Counted from the stretch's first letter, positions 54,315-64,000 are shown. The stretch: 64,000 bases of DNA from Candidatus Micrarchaeia archaeon (GCA_041650255.1 JBAZLL010000001.1:20667-84666); one strand, 5' to 3'. Program-made: numbers and translations. Notes: a model not told the origin generated them from the sequence alone.

Positions 54315-55451
54315 ATGAAAACAGCTTCTATGTCTGGTGCAAAACGGTTTTTGATATTCGCCCTTTCAAGTGCGGTAATTCTGATAGGCGCATCCTCTCC
54401 ATTTGCCAACAAGCTTCTTGATTCTGCAAGCAAGCGGCAAACTCAGCCTCCTGCAAAAGTGCAGCAAATGAGTCCGGATTCACTGAACAAATTCAAGAGT
54501 GTGAATTCGCAATTTCTCATAAGCCTTGAGCCAAAGAGCGCATTTCCAATTTATGCTTTATCCAACCCAACAACTCCGTTCGGATTTGTAAAAGACAATT
54601 TGCAAACAAAAAATGTGTTCGTTCAACAGCACCAAATGCTTTCAAGCGCGATTGGCCTTCCCAAGGTCGCTATTGAAAGCACGTCCAACAACTCGGCAAT
54701 CGAAGTCGTGGGCAAAAACACATATCGCGTTTTGTACCGTGCAGTAGCAAAAGAGGCATACTCAGGTGGAATATCCTCAGTAATAAAATATGTGAACACC
54801 AATCTTAATCTCGGCAAGGTGGTTGGTGTAAAATCCATACTTGCAAGTTCCAAGCTCTCTCTTGGAAAGCGCGGAAACAAGATTTCAGATTATAATAAAT
54901 GGAACCGCAAAGACTTAGTCAAACACGGCTATGTCTATGTGAAATTTGTGAATGAGGCGACCACTCAAACACAAAAAGTTGCAGCGAAGAAAGTGCAAAC
55001 GCAAGCACAGGCACCTGTTCAAAAGCTTGAGAAACAGGCACCCCTGAAAAAATTGGAGAAAGTGCGAACCGTTACTTCCGTCAAAAAGTCGGATGCAAAA
55101 AAGCAAGCACCCGTGCAAAAACATGCCGTGAAAAAGCTGAAAATAAAAAAGTTAATTTACGAGCAAAACATACCTGTGCAAAAGCTTGTTCCAAAGAAGG
55201 GCGAGCCGATTGACACCTCTGCACCCGAAGATGGAATCGTGGGCAAGCCATATATGCCAACTTCAACACCAATAAAGGCGGATACAATCATTCTTGACAG
55301 GAATGATTTCTATCCGGCACCCCCCTCAAATCAAAATGCAAAACAAAAGCGTGATGTTGAAGAGCAGGGAATGATATTTGGCAACAAGGCAAAAACAGAC
55401 AAAGACAATTCGCTCAGATACATAAACAAAGATTACAACTCCGCCAAATAA
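54315..55451 (+). CDS. Secreted protein with K/Q-rich APVQKL-type repeats
   Basis: Signal peptide MKTASMSGAKRFLIFALSSAVILIGASS. Repeats KVQTQAQAPVQKLEKQAPLKKLEK...KKQAPVQKH. Confidence 0.45.
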   Translation: MKTASMSGAKRFLIFALSSAVILIGASSPFANKLLDSASKRQTQPPAKVQQMSPDSLNKFKSVNSQFLISLEPKSAFPIYALSNPTTPFGFVKDNLQTKNVFVQQHQMLSSAIGLPKVAIESTSNNSAIEVVGKNTYRVLYRAVAKEAYSGGISSVIKYVNTNLNLGKVVGVKSILASSKLSLGKRGNKISDYNKWNRKDLVKHGYVYVKFVNEATTQTQKVAAKKVQTQAQAPVQKLEKQAPLKKLEKVRTVTSVKKSDAKKQAPVQKHAVKKLKIKKLIYEQNIPVQKLVPKKGEPIDTSAPEDGIVGKPYMPTSTPIKADTIILDRNDFYPAPPSNQNAKQKRDVEEQGMIFGNKAKTDKDNSLRYINKDYNSAK

Positions 55452-55565
55452 ATTTGAGCATTTTTTTATCTTACCCCATTTCCCTTCTTCTTTATTTTTT
55501 CATTTTTTTCAACTGCGGCAAACGCTTATTAAGCGGGCAAATCCTATTCCTTCAAGGTGATATTG

Positions 55566-56117
55566 ATGATTGAACTCATAGTTTTGGGTGCCATTGTGTT
55601 GGTAGCCCTTATTCTTATGTTCATGTACAATGGGCTTGTTTCACTGCGTGCCCGTGTGGACAATGCATGGGCGCAAATAGACGTCCAGCTTACAAAACGT
55701 TTTGACCTCGTGCCAAACCTTGTTGAGACCGTGAAAGGCTATGCAAAGCATGAGAAAGACCTTTTTGAAAATGTCACCAAAGCAAGGGCGCAAATGGCAA
55801 ATGCCGGAAGCGTGCAGGAAAAGGCAAAAGCGGACAATGCTCTTTCAGGAGCCCTCAAATCCCTTTTTGCAGTTGCGGAAAACTACCCACAGCTTCGTGC
55901 AAACGAGAACTTCAAACTCTTGCAGGAACAGCTTGATGGAATAGAATCCAAAATTGCATATGCCCGCCAGTTTTACAACGACTCGGTTCTTGAGTACAAC
56001 ACAAAAATATTGCAAATGCCTGCGGCGATAATTGCCGGCCCTCTCGGTTTTTCACAAAAGGATTATTTCAAGGTTGAAACGGAAGAGGCAAGAAAAGCGG
56101 TAAAAGTAAAATTCTAA
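55566..56117 (+). CDS. lemA: LemA family protein
   Basis: N-terminal TM, then LemA signature ([21 protein letters not shown]...[20 protein letters not shown]...YNDSVLEYN). An AGGTGA Shine-Dalgarno sits 5 nt upstream. Confidence 0.8.
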   Translation: MIELIVLGAIVLVALILMFMYNGLVSLRARVDNAWAQIDVQLTKRFDLVPNLVETVKGYAKHEKDLFENVTKARAQMANAGSVQEKAKADNALSGALKSLFAVAENYPQLRANENFKLLQEQLDGIESKIAYARQFYNDSVLEYNTKILQMPAAIIAGPLGFSQKDYFKVETEEARKAVKVKF

Positions 56118-56172
56118 ATAATTTATTTGCCGGCAATTTAGAGCCGGTCTAATCCTTTTTTCAGGTTTTGAT

Positions 56173-57072
56173 ATGGCATCATTTTGGGACGTTCAGAGAA
56201 AAAACAAGATTTACTCTTATGCCTTAGTGGGTGCAATGATTCCAATAATCATCGTGCTTGTCTGGTTTGTGGGTGAGTTTTTTGCTTTCGGTTCATGGCT
56301 TGTGCCATTTGCAATTCTCCTCTCCATTGTTTATTCAGTCGGAGGATATCTCTATGGGGATAAAGTGGTTTTGGCAGCCTCTGGGGCAAAAGAGGCGGAC
56401 CCAACCCAATATGTTTATTTACACAATGTAGCCGAAGGGCTTGCGCTTGCCGCCGGAATTCCAAAGCCAAAATTATACGTGATAAACGATGCGTCTCCAA
56501 ACGCGTTTGCAACCGGGCGCGGACCAAAGAATGCATCGATCGCTGCAACCACCGGACTTCTTGAGAGAATGAACCGACAGGAACTTGAAGGGGTAATCGC
56601 GCATGAAATGTCTCATGTGAAAAATTATGACATACGCTTCATGACAACCGTTGTTGTGCTTGTCGGGCTAATTTCAATTCTTGCAAACCTAATCGGAAAC
56701 ATGTTCTGGTTCGGAGGCAGGGGCGAGCGAAAGGAAGGAAACGGGCTTCTGATGATAGTCGGAATATTATTGGTGATATTCGGACCCCTAATTGCACAGC
56801 TTGTGAGACTTGCAATTTCACGCAAGCGCGAGTTTTTGGCGGATGCGTCGGCTGCTCAACTCACCCGAAATCCGGACGGGCTTGCATCCGCACTTGAAAA
56901 ACTAAAGAGCGCACCCGCAATGAGTCATTCCACAGATGCGACTGCATCTCTTTTCATTTCAAGCCCGGAAGGCGGTTCGGGTAAGAAAAAATCAATTTCT
57001 GACTCCTTATCCGGCCTTTTCTCAACGCATCCTCCCCTTGATGAGCGCATAAAAGCATTGCGGGCAATGTAA
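56173..57072 (+). CDS. htpX: HtpX-like M48 zinc metalloprotease
   Basis: HEMSH zinc motif (IAHEMSHVKN), downstream EFLADASAA, and four TM segments. Confidence 0.85.
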   Translation: MASFWDVQRKNKIYSYALVGAMIPIIIVLVWFVGEFFAFGSWLVPFAILLSIVYSVGGYLYGDKVVLAASGAKEADPTQYVYLHNVAEGLALAAGIPKPKLYVINDASPNAFATGRGPKNASIAATTGLLERMNRQELEGVIAHEMSHVKNYDIRFMTTVVVLVGLISILANLIGNMFWFGGRGERKEGNGLLMIVGILLVIFGPLIAQLVRLAISRKREFLADASAAQLTRNPDGLASALEKLKSAPAMSHSTDATASLFISSPEGGSGKKKSISDSLSGLFSTHPPLDERIKALRAM

Positions 57073-57085
57073 TGTCGGTGCGCAT

Positions 57086-57346
57086 ATGGTGATTGTAAGG
57101 AAGCCGACAAAAGAAGAAATCCAAACCGCCCAAAAATGGGGCTTATGGGAAAAAGAGCCCTCGTCATTTGACTGGTCTTATGATGAAAAGGAAACATGTC
57201 TCATTCTTGAAGGCGAGGCAAAAGTTGTTCTGCCAAACAAAGAACAAATCCATTTCAAATCAGGAGACTATGTAATATTTGAGCCGGGTCTAAAATGCAA
57301 ATGGGTAATTTCAAAAAAGATTAGAAAACGATACCTGTTTGGCTGA
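57086..57346 (+). CDS. Small cupin-fold protein (cupin_3/DUF861-like)
   Basis: EGEAKVVLPNKEQIHFKSGDYVIFEPGLKCKW is a cupin beta-barrel motif pair. Confidence 0.5.
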   Translation: MVIVRKPTKEEIQTAQKWGLWEKEPSSFDWSYDEKETCLILEGEAKVVLPNKEQIHFKSGDYVIFEPGLKCKWVISKKIRKRYLFG

Positions 57347-57350
57347 TTTG

Positions 57351-58169
57351 ATGATTGAGATTTTTGCGGGAATTCTTGTTCTTCTTCTCTCGGGTCTTTT
57401 TATAATTCTTGGAATCGGCGGTTCGTCAATCCTCATTCCGATTTTTTATTCAATCGGCATAAGTATGGATCAGGCAAGGCTGGCAGGGTTGGCAACTCTT
57501 TTTGTGTCAACTGGCACTGCGCTCGTAATCTATTTGCGCAGTAGTCTTTTCAAAAAATCCGATTTGCAAGAAATCGCATTAATACTTTTCGGAATGCTCA
57601 TCGCAATTCCGTTCGGCGTATGGCTTGGAAATACTCTTGATGACAATATTCTTATCGGGCTCTTTTCACTCTCTCTTTTCGCGTCCGCATTTGCAATGGC
57701 ATTTGAGAAAAAAATTGTAAAATCAGAGCGCAAGAAAGGGCTTACTTTTGCACAGGAAGGGGAAATCGGAATTTTAGCCGGTCTTGAAGTAAGTATATTT
57801 CGTATAGCATTAATTCGCGGGGCAGTCGGTGGCGGCGCCGGACTTGCAACCGGAATGCTTGGAATCGGCAGTGGAATTTTTATCATGCCCTCATTGATAC
57901 TCACCGGCACCGAGCCAAAAAGGGCGGCAATTCTCAGTGTCGCGTGTATGTTTGTCGCATCTTTATTTAGCATTGTAAATCAGTTGGCATATTATGCTCC
58001 ATCCGACTATTCTCTCATGCTTATCTGCGCCTTTGCCGCATTGATTGGTTCTTATGTTGGTGCAACCCTTCTGGCAACTGGCAGGGTAAAGGGAGAATTT
58101 ATAAAAAAAGCGTTCCCTCTTGTTCTTGTGGCGCTTGCCATAAAACTTGCTTTTGATTTTTTCGCATAA
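57351..58169 (+). CDS. TSUP family (TauE/SafE-like) membrane transporter
   Basis: Eight hydrophobic helices with G-rich repeats (GIGGSSILIPIF; GIGSGIFIMP). Confidence 0.65.
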   Translation: MIEIFAGILVLLLSGLFIILGIGGSSILIPIFYSIGISMDQARLAGLATLFVSTGTALVIYLRSSLFKKSDLQEIALILFGMLIAIPFGVWLGNTLDDNILIGLFSLSLFASAFAMAFEKKIVKSERKKGLTFAQEGEIGILAGLEVSIFRIALIRGAVGGGAGLATGMLGIGSGIFIMPSLILTGTEPKRAAILSVACMFVASLFSIVNQLAYYAPSDYSLMLICAFAALIGSYVGATLLATGRVKGEFIKKAFPLVLVALAIKLAFDFFA

Positions 58170-58185
58170 GTATTTGGTGGTGTAA

Positions 58186-58410
58186 ATGAACTTGTTTGAA
58201 AAAAATGTCGGAACAATTGACCGCGCAATCCGCATAATTATCGGGCTTGCGATGCTTTTTGTCGTATATATGCAATATGTGCAGGCGCCAATATCTTATG
58301 GTGCAATCGTAATCGCAATCATTATGTTCGCAACCGCCGTATCCGGAAGCTGTGCAATATACTCTATATTCGGGCTGAACACCGGCGCAACAAAAAAGAA
58401 AACCAATTAG
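58186..58410 (+). CDS. DUF2892 (YgaP C-terminal-like) small membrane protein
   Basis: NVGTIDRAIRIIIGLAMLFVV...CAIYSIFGLNT matches the DUF2892 pattern. Confidence 0.6.
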   Translation: MNLFEKNVGTIDRAIRIIIGLAMLFVVYMQYVQAPISYGAIVIAIIMFATAVSGSCAIYSIFGLNTGATKKKTN

Positions 58411-59267
58411 ACTTTTTTATATTCTATTTTTTCTTTTTCAAGCATCCCGATAATTTTTTCCCTTTGCTCCTTGTTTAGTCCCTTATGGTCAATCAATGCG
58501 CCCTTTATCGGCTCAACCGATTTTTGCATTGCCTGTAAAAGCATCTTTGAATCAATCTCATCCACCCTGTGCTTTGGCAATATATGCGATATCGCAATTT
58601 CTTTTCCATCCAAAAGTTTTTTCCCAAGAACATACTCGCTGAATTTGGGAGTGTAATGCCCGCCGCCTATTCCTAAGTATGTGTCATAAACCGGGGCTTT
58701 TCTTGCAAGAGATTTCATTATTGCCGCCGCAACTATTTTTCCAGCAACTTCATTTTTCCATTCTTTTTCGCCGCTTCCTATTTCAACAAAAATCAATTTC
58801 TTTTTTCCGTTTTGCGGGGTTGGTCCGTGATGGTCCACCTCCATATTTATCTGCCAATTCAATCCGTTTTCATCTGCTCCTTCTTTCATGAATTTTAAAA
58901 TTTGCTTTAGCTTGCATGCAAACGCAATATTTAGCGTGCTTGTTTGCCCGCCAAAATCCGCGCTTGCCCAATTGCCCGGAAAATGTGCCGTGAGCGCAGG
59001 CATTTCTTTTTCCGACTTGTGCGTGCTTGCATACAAATAATAGTCCGCATTTTCACGCGGTTCAATTTTGATAATTTCCTCATCTTCTCCTTTTGCCAAA
59101 AACACGGTGCAGCCGTCTTTGTCGCCGCATGCCGAAAAGAAATAGTTCGCCTCATCCTCTTTTTGCCATTTCCAATCTTTGTGCAAATGATTCATTATGT
59201 TTGCGGATGCGTCGTTTTGCAATGAGAAAAGCACAAGCCCTTTTTTGTCTTCTTTGTTAAGTTTCAT
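58407..59267 (-). CDS. dtdA: D-aminoacyl-tRNA deacylase, archaeal type (DtdA-like)
   Basis: MKLNKEDKKGLVLFSLQNDASANI N-terminus, EVDHHGPT and IGGGHY motifs. The ATG at 59267 is preferred. The track's 44 aa N-terminal extension looks spurious. Confidence 0.55.
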   Translation of the reverse strand: MKLNKEDKKGLVLFSLQNDASANIMNHLHKDWKWQKEDEANYFFSACGDKDGCTVFLAKGEDEEIIKIEPRENADYYLYASTHKSEKEMPALTAHFPGNWASADFGGQTSTLNIAFACKLKQILKFMKEGADENGLNWQINMEVDHHGPTPQNGKKKLIFVEIGSGEKEWKNEVAGKIVAAAIMKSLARKAPVYDTYLGIGGGHYTPKFSEYVLGKKLLDGKEIAISHILPKHRVDEIDSKMLLQAMQKSVEPIKGALIDHKGLNKEQREKIIGMLEKEKIEYKKV

Positions 59268-59316
59268 GCACTCATTTGGTTTTGAATTATTATTAATTAG
59301 CTCCTTTAAGAAAACA

Positions 59317-59410
59317 AAATGCCACATACAAACCAAATGTTGCAACCAAACAAATGCCGCAAATAAACCAAACGCAATAAAACAAATATTACAAAGCAAA
59401 CAAAATCATG
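59317..59410. repeat. Degenerate A+C-rich ~19-nt tandem repeat (AAATGYYRCAA-core x3-4) in the dtdA upstream intergenic region
   Basis: AAATGCCACATACAAACCA / AAATGTTGCAACCAAACA / AAATGCCGCAAATAAACCAAACG / CAATAAAACAAAT. Contains the GTTGCAAC palindrome. Confidence 0.4.
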
Positions 59411-59481
59411 CTCTCAAGGCTAGGCTTTGGATTTGCCGGTTTTGGGTGCACAATTTTTTAATTAAAATAAGTAAATTTTCT

Positions 59482-59949
59482 TTAATACATTGTCTTTAGA
59501 GTAGAAACCGCCTTCTTCACTTTTTCAAAAGCATTTTTTGTATTTGTAACATACAAATACTCAAGCGCCCCGCCCAAATCATCGTTTTCCGCCATCGGCG
59601 GCAAAACGAATCTGTATTTGCCAGCCTTTCTTGAGAGCATCCCTTTCTCTTTCAGCTGGTGCAAATGATATCTCACCGCCTTTATCTGTGCGGGGTCGTC
59701 CTTTGGTCTGATTGAATTAATCAGCACCATAATGCGATGAATATCCGGCTCCTCCTGCGCAAAATGCGCCTTAAGCAGAGCTTCAATAATATCAAGCATG
59801 AGGGTTCTGCTTTCATTCGGAGAAATCAGTCCGAGCGAGAGGCACAAATATCTTATGAGTCCGCGCCGTGTGAGCTTCACTTCTCCAAGAAGTTGCATGT
59901 CCCGCACAATATGCTCTTGTCGGATTAGGGCGCTTTCAGGCATTGACAT
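59482..59949 (-). CDS. Hypothetical protein (possible winged-helix region)
   Basis: 155 aa from MSMPESALIRQ. The track's longer N-terminal extension is a hydrophobic read-through of a T-rich tract. Function unknown. Confidence 0.35.
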   Translation of the reverse strand: MSMPESALIRQEHIVRDMQLLGEVKLTRRGLIRYLCLSLGLISPNESRTLMLDIIEALLKAHFAQEEPDIHRIMVLINSIRPKDDPAQIKAVRYHLHQLKEKGMLSRKAGKYRFVLPPMAENDDLGGALEYLYVTNTKNAFEKVKKAVSTLKTMY

Positions 59950-60078
59950 TAAGACCAAAACTCTTTTTGCCAGATTATTTTTAAGGATTGGTATTAACTT
60001 TGAAAAACTCTTGGGAGAAAAGTGTAAAACGGGCAAAAAAAAAAACAGTTGCAATTTTACTTTATGCAATCCGCTCTC

Positions 60079-60744
60079 TTAATTTTTCTTTTTCATCTTT
60101 TTTCTAAGCACATCGTAAGCCTTTGCCGCCTGCTCATCCTTTAGCACAATAATAAGTTCTGTCAGGGTTGAAACTATCTCGTATATATTTATATTTTCCC
60201 AAGACAATTCGCGCAAAACCCTGTCAAAAAATCCCGGTTGGTAAAGCACGTCCTCTCCAAACCTGAGCACCAGCAGGGAAAGCCCGCTTTCCTTGCTTAA
60301 TATCTTTTCACCCTTCAGTTCTTCAAGAATTTTCTTCTCGTATTTGGATTGTGAAATAATCGTAACCTCGTGCGTGCTTTGCGTGATACTCAAAATATCC
60401 TCTTGGGATTTTTGCGCAATATCTTGTATTTTTTGCAATTTTTGCGCAAGCACACCTGTTTTCTTCAAATCAATTTGCATGGCATCTGAGCGCAGGGAAA
60501 TTTGCAGGTTTTCAAGCCCGACGCCCTTTAGCCTCTCCCTGCCTTTGTCCGCCATTTTCTCGCGCATTCTTGAGAGTGCCATTACAATTGCGCCTTCTTC
60601 CACTTCTTTTCCAAGCTCGGTTTCAACGTCCGGTCTTAGCACTCTTGCAAGACGGTGAAAAGAAACAATATCTCTCTCAATAAAGTCCTCAAGATGAGGG
60701 TGCATCCTCACATATTTTTGCACTACGTGCGCAACAGTTGGCAT
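60079..60744 (-). CDS. Hypothetical regulator-like protein (N-terminal HTH-like segment, C-terminal ACT-like region)
   Basis: 221 aa. Assignment is by resemblance only, to predicted ACT-containing regulators of amino-acid metabolism. Confidence 0.35.
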   Translation of the reverse strand: MPTVAHVVQKYVRMHPHLEDFIERDIVSFHRLARVLRPDVETELGKEVEEGAIVMALSRMREKMADKGRERLKGVGLENLQISLRSDAMQIDLKKTGVLAQKLQKIQDIAQKSQEDILSITQSTHEVTIISQSKYEKKILEELKGEKILSKESGLSLLVLRFGEDVLYQPGFFDRVLRELSWENINIYEIVSTLTELIIVLKDEQAAKAYDVLRKKMKKKN

Positions 60745-60898
60745 GGTGTTATATTTAGAACAAAAAGTTAAAAATGTGCCCTGGGCAAGTCTCCAACTTG
60801 GGCGAAGCCGACATTTTTCCGACGGGTCATTTTTTTTGCATTTTTAATTTTCTTGCCAAAAAAATCAGCTATTTAAATCTTGAACCTCATAGTGTATT

Positions 60899-62542
60899 AT
60901 GCCAGAGAAAAAAGTTCGCTATATTGTAATCCTCGGCTCCATGATGTCGGGTCTTGGGAAGGGTATTTTATCTGCTTCTATCGGAAAGCTTCTCCAAGCT
61001 CAAGGGTATAGTGTTTCCCCAATCAAATTTGACGGCTATTTGAACGTAGATTGCGGCACAATGAATCCACTACGCCACGGAGAAGTGTTTGTGCTTGATG
61101 ACGGGACCGAATGCGACATGGACTTTGGCACCTACGAGCGATTTCTAAATATCGACCTTGTAGGCCTGAACTCAATAACCGGCGGAAAGCTTTTCAAAAA
61201 AATAATTGAAAAGGAGCGCGCCGGCGGCTACTTGGGCAGGGACGTGCAAATAGTTCCTCATGTCACAAACGAGATAAAATCCTGGATTAGAAAAGTCGGT
61301 GAGGATTCAAAATCCGATTTCGTGCTAATAGAAGTTGGTGGAACCGTCGGCGATTTGGAAAATGCCTATTTCATAGAAGCAATGAGGCAAATGGGTCAGG
61401 AAGAGAAGGACAACATGCTTTTTGTGCAATTGAGTTTTGTGCCCTCCCTGACTTGCGGCGAGCCAAAAACAAAGCCAACACAACATGCAAACCGGCTTAT
61501 TACAAGCCTTGGAATACAGCCCAATCTTATCGTGTGTAGGGGGGACGAGAAATTAAACAAGGAAGCGCGGGAAAAAATCTCAATGTTTTGCAATGTTGCT
61601 TTGGAAGATGTATTTGATGATCCAAAACTTTCTACAATTTATGAGCTTCCAATAGTTCTTGAGAGGCAAAATTTCTCAAGCAGGCTACTGACTCATTTTG
61701 CTATAAAATCAAAAGAGAGCGATCTAAAGGATTGGAGCTCTTTGGTATCAAAAATAAAATCTGATAAAAACGAGCTTCGTGTTGCAATCACTGGGAAATA
61801 TGTTTCTGTAAAAGATGCGTACGTGTCCGTGGAAGAGGCTCTGGTGCATGCGGGCGCCGCAAACAATGCAAACATAATCGTTGAATTTGTGGATACTGAA
61901 CAGCTCGAAAAAGATTTAGTTCATGAGGACGAATTGCTCGGAAAATATGATGGTATAATAGTTCCCGGCGGGTTCGGAAACAGGGGTGTGGACGGCAAAA
62001 TAGAAGCAATAAAATACGCCCGAACGCATCAAGTGCCTTTTCTCGGGCTTTGTCTTGGACTGCAACTTTGCGTAGTTGAGTATGCGCGAAATGTTGCAAA
62101 TTTGCAGGGAGCGCATTCAACTGAAATGGACAAGGATACAAAATATCCTGTAATTGACTTCATGCCCGAGCAAAAAACCATCAAAGAAAAGGGTGCAACA
62201 ATGCGCCTTGGTGCTTGGGAGTGCGTTATTTCAAAAGGTACAAAAGCATTTGACTCATACGGCGCAGAGAAAATTTTTGAAAGGCATCGGCATCGTTTTG
62301 AAGTTAATAATTCTTTTGTGCCAGATTTGCAAAAAGCGGGATTGGTAATTTCAGGTAAATCCCCGGATGGGCAAATAGTTGAAATGGTTGAGTGGGGCAC
62401 CGGTTGGGGTGTTGCGACACAGGCGCATCCGGAGCTCAAAAGCAGGCTTGAGAAGCCGGCGCCATTATTTGCTTCCTTTGTAAAAGCATGCCTTAAGGCG
62501 AAAAAAGAAAAAGCGCCAAAGGATGCGCAGGCATCTCACTAA
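60899..62542 (+). CDS. pyrG: CTP synthase
   Basis: N-terminal synthase domain (GKGILSASIGKLL; EVGGTVGDLE) and C-terminal glutamine amidotransferase (GLCLGLQL, HRHRFEVN). Confidence 0.95.
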   Translation: MPEKKVRYIVILGSMMSGLGKGILSASIGKLLQAQGYSVSPIKFDGYLNVDCGTMNPLRHGEVFVLDDGTECDMDFGTYERFLNIDLVGLNSITGGKLFKKIIEKERAGGYLGRDVQIVPHVTNEIKSWIRKVGEDSKSDFVLIEVGGTVGDLENAYFIEAMRQMGQEEKDNMLFVQLSFVPSLTCGEPKTKPTQHANRLITSLGIQPNLIVCRGDEKLNKEAREKISMFCNVALEDVFDDPKLSTIYELPIVLERQNFSSRLLTHFAIKSKESDLKDWSSLVSKIKSDKNELRVAITGKYVSVKDAYVSVEEALVHAGAANNANIIVEFVDTEQLEKDLVHEDELLGKYDGIIVPGGFGNRGVDGKIEAIKYARTHQVPFLGLCLGLQLCVVEYARNVANLQGAHSTEMDKDTKYPVIDFMPEQKTIKEKGATMRLGAWECVISKGTKAFDSYGAEKIFERHRHRFEVNNSFVPDLQKAGLVISGKSPDGQIVEMVEWGTGWGVATQAHPELKSRLEKPAPLFASFVKACLKAKKEKAPKDAQASH

Positions 62543-62630
62543 GCAAATTCTTTTGCAATTTTACTCTTTTTCCCTCGTAATGCGATTAGTTTAAATACCT
62601 CATCTTCTTGTTCCTTTAATTGGAAAAAAG

Positions 62631-63314
62631 TTGCGGGTGATGAATTTGCAGAAGAAGAAATACTATTCAAATAAAATAAAAACCAAGCCTGCAAGCGATA
62701 AAACTTATTTCAAGGCAAAGGCAAAAACTATTTCCCCCGAGAAGATGGCGAAAAAGTCTGCTGCAAAATCCGCAAGCAAGAACGCGAAGAAGACTCTCAA
62801 ATCCGCGCAGGCGCTCATATCTTCCACTCGCGCAAAAGCAGACAAACAAGTCTTGTCCAATTTCTTTATTTCATCGGACATGGCAAATCAGTCAACTCAT
62901 GTCGTTGCCACAAAGCACAAGCAAAACTTTGAGAAGACAATCGCATTGCCAAAGCTTAACACTGGTCTTGTTGAAGGTATGACCGGAAGAAAAAGAATAA
63001 CTCGGCTTGATGCCCTCAAGCGGGCGATAATGCTTTTTATCCGCAAAATGCAATCCTGGTTTTCATCGCACCGCCATCAGATGCATATGACAATTTCCGG
63101 CAGGCGCGCACTTGCACAGCTTGAAGATTTGTATAATCTTCTCTCTCTTGAGGCAATAGATGAAAGCAGTCTCATGCAACTAAAGGTTGCTTACGGCGAG
63201 GCGTGCTATTACATCATGCAGGCATCCCGTGGTTATCATCAAAAGCACGGCGGAAAAGGAAAGGAAAGGTATCAGCCCTACTTTGACCGATTCGTGGATG
63301 CGGGCACAAATTAG
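62631..63314 (+). CDS. Hypothetical protein with highly basic K/A-rich N-terminus
   Basis: Histone-H1-like low-complexity N-terminal half, then a ~120 aa domain with no motif recognised. Confidence 0.4.
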   Translation: MRVMNLQKKKYYSNKIKTKPASDKTYFKAKAKTISPEKMAKKSAAKSASKNAKKTLKSAQALISSTRAKADKQVLSNFFISSDMANQSTHVVATKHKQNFEKTIALPKLNTGLVEGMTGRKRITRLDALKRAIMLFIRKMQSWFSSHRHQMHMTISGRRALAQLEDLYNLLSLEAIDESSLMQLKVAYGEACYYIMQASRGYHQKHGGKGKERYQPYFDRFVDAGTN

Positions 63315-63439
63315 TTTTCACTTTTTATTTTCAATCCCCTTTTTATTCACAATTCTTTTTCCTTCTAATTTTTCACAATTTGGTTTTGTGCGCACTCCAA
63401 GCCGCGCTTTTTGCATAGAATAGCATTTAAATACTGGCG

Positions 63440-63970
63440 ATGGGTTATCTTCCTATGGCAACAGCAGCAACAACTGAAGGAGTTTTCAAATTTATCTCAA
63501 ACTCCACCTTGCGAAAGTCTGTTGAGGTGCTGGTAAGCGCAATTCCGGGAGCAGTAGTGCTTTTCTTATTCATCCTGGGTACGGGCATTCTCAATATTTA
63601 CACAAATCTTGCGGCGGCAAATGAAATATTCGCGGCAACTTATTTGCCCGTCATCTGCCTTCTCCCATTGGTGATCGGGGTAATCGGTCCGCTCATTTTG
63701 GAAAAGGTTCGAAATGCAACCGAGCTTTCGCTCCGTGCAAGTGTTCTCACTGCATTTCTTTCCGGATTTTTCGGTTCGTTTTTTGGCGGTCTCACATTGA
63801 TAATTGCCGGGTTTGCGGAATTCAAGCCTTTTGGCGGGATTTTATCCGATGTTCTTCCGGGGGCAGGGCGAATGCTGTTCGCGTCCTTTTTGCTTGTAAT
63901 AATCTCAACAGTGCTCTCAACTCTGGGCGGTGCGCTCATCGTAATATTGCTAAAAAAGGCGGAGAAATAA
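63440..63970 (+). CDS. Membrane protein, unknown function
   Basis: Four to five hydrophobic helices across 176 aa. Confidence 0.4.
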   Translation: MGYLPMATAATTEGVFKFISNSTLRKSVEVLVSAIPGAVVLFLFILGTGILNIYTNLAAANEIFAATYLPVICLLPLVIGVIGPLILEKVRNATELSLRASVLTAFLSGFFGSFFGGLTLIIAGFAEFKPFGGILSDVLPGAGRMLFASFLLVIISTVLSTLGGALIVILLKKAEK

Positions 63971-64000
63971 ATGTCATCCTTGCTCTCTTTTGTGGACAAC

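Noticed and set aside
59317-59410. Possible CRISPR array
   Set aside because: Repeat units are imperfect and contiguous with no unique spacers, and there are only ~3-4 units. No cas genes are in the window.
59197-59499. 100-aa + strand ORF spanning the AC-rich repeat
   Set aside because: Its translation is dominated by Gln/Asn/Lys/Thr from the AC-rich low-complexity tract. There is no start context. It is better explained as non-coding repeat DNA.

Overview
The window looks like a chromosomal segment of an archaeon, possibly a small-genome DPANN-like lineage, on house-keeping content. That call rests on a family-B DNA polymerase, RFC large subunit, SRP54, RNA polymerase subunit K (Rpb6), Pus10, an A24 preflagellin peptidase, diphthine synthase, archaeal-type D-aminoacyl-tRNA deacylase, mevalonate kinase, GGPP synthase and a tRNA-Glu without encoded CCA. 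Many genes use GGAGGTGA-type Shine-Dalgarno sites or sit ~25-35 nt downstream of TATA boxes, implying leaderless or near-leaderless mRNAs. Recognisable core genes: rfcL (partial), rnz, pheS, idsA, lysS (class II), srp54, tmk, pus10, polB, gap (bacterial-type class I), pgk, rpoK, mvk, dph5, pyrG, an ABC importer (fused permease plus ATPase), lemA-htpX-cupin-TSUP-DUF2892, and dtdA. The outstanding feature is a ~15 kb block at 28975-43893 of five consecutive, tightly packed or overlapping + strand genes encoding giant proteins of 1618, 1298, 661, 613 and 728 aa. They have no recognisable catalytic motifs. The last carries a signal peptide and a CARDB-like C-terminus. The block is followed by a transglutaminase-like (Cys kept, His replaced) protein and by a bacterial-PH-domain (bPH_2) membrane protein translationally coupled to rpoK. 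I interpret this as a candidate undescribed cell-surface or host-interaction apparatus. Other notable items: a LysM-like domain protein, a RelA/SpoT-type HD-domain protein with a long unknown C-terminal extension, a triple HTH_17 (excisionase-type) protein, a small basic internally duplicated protein, a 12-nt direct repeat of the tRNA-Glu 3' end 62 nt downstream of the tRNA, a candidate small structured RNA, and a degenerate AC-rich tandem repeat upstream of dtdA. No CRISPR array, integrase or transposase was recognised.
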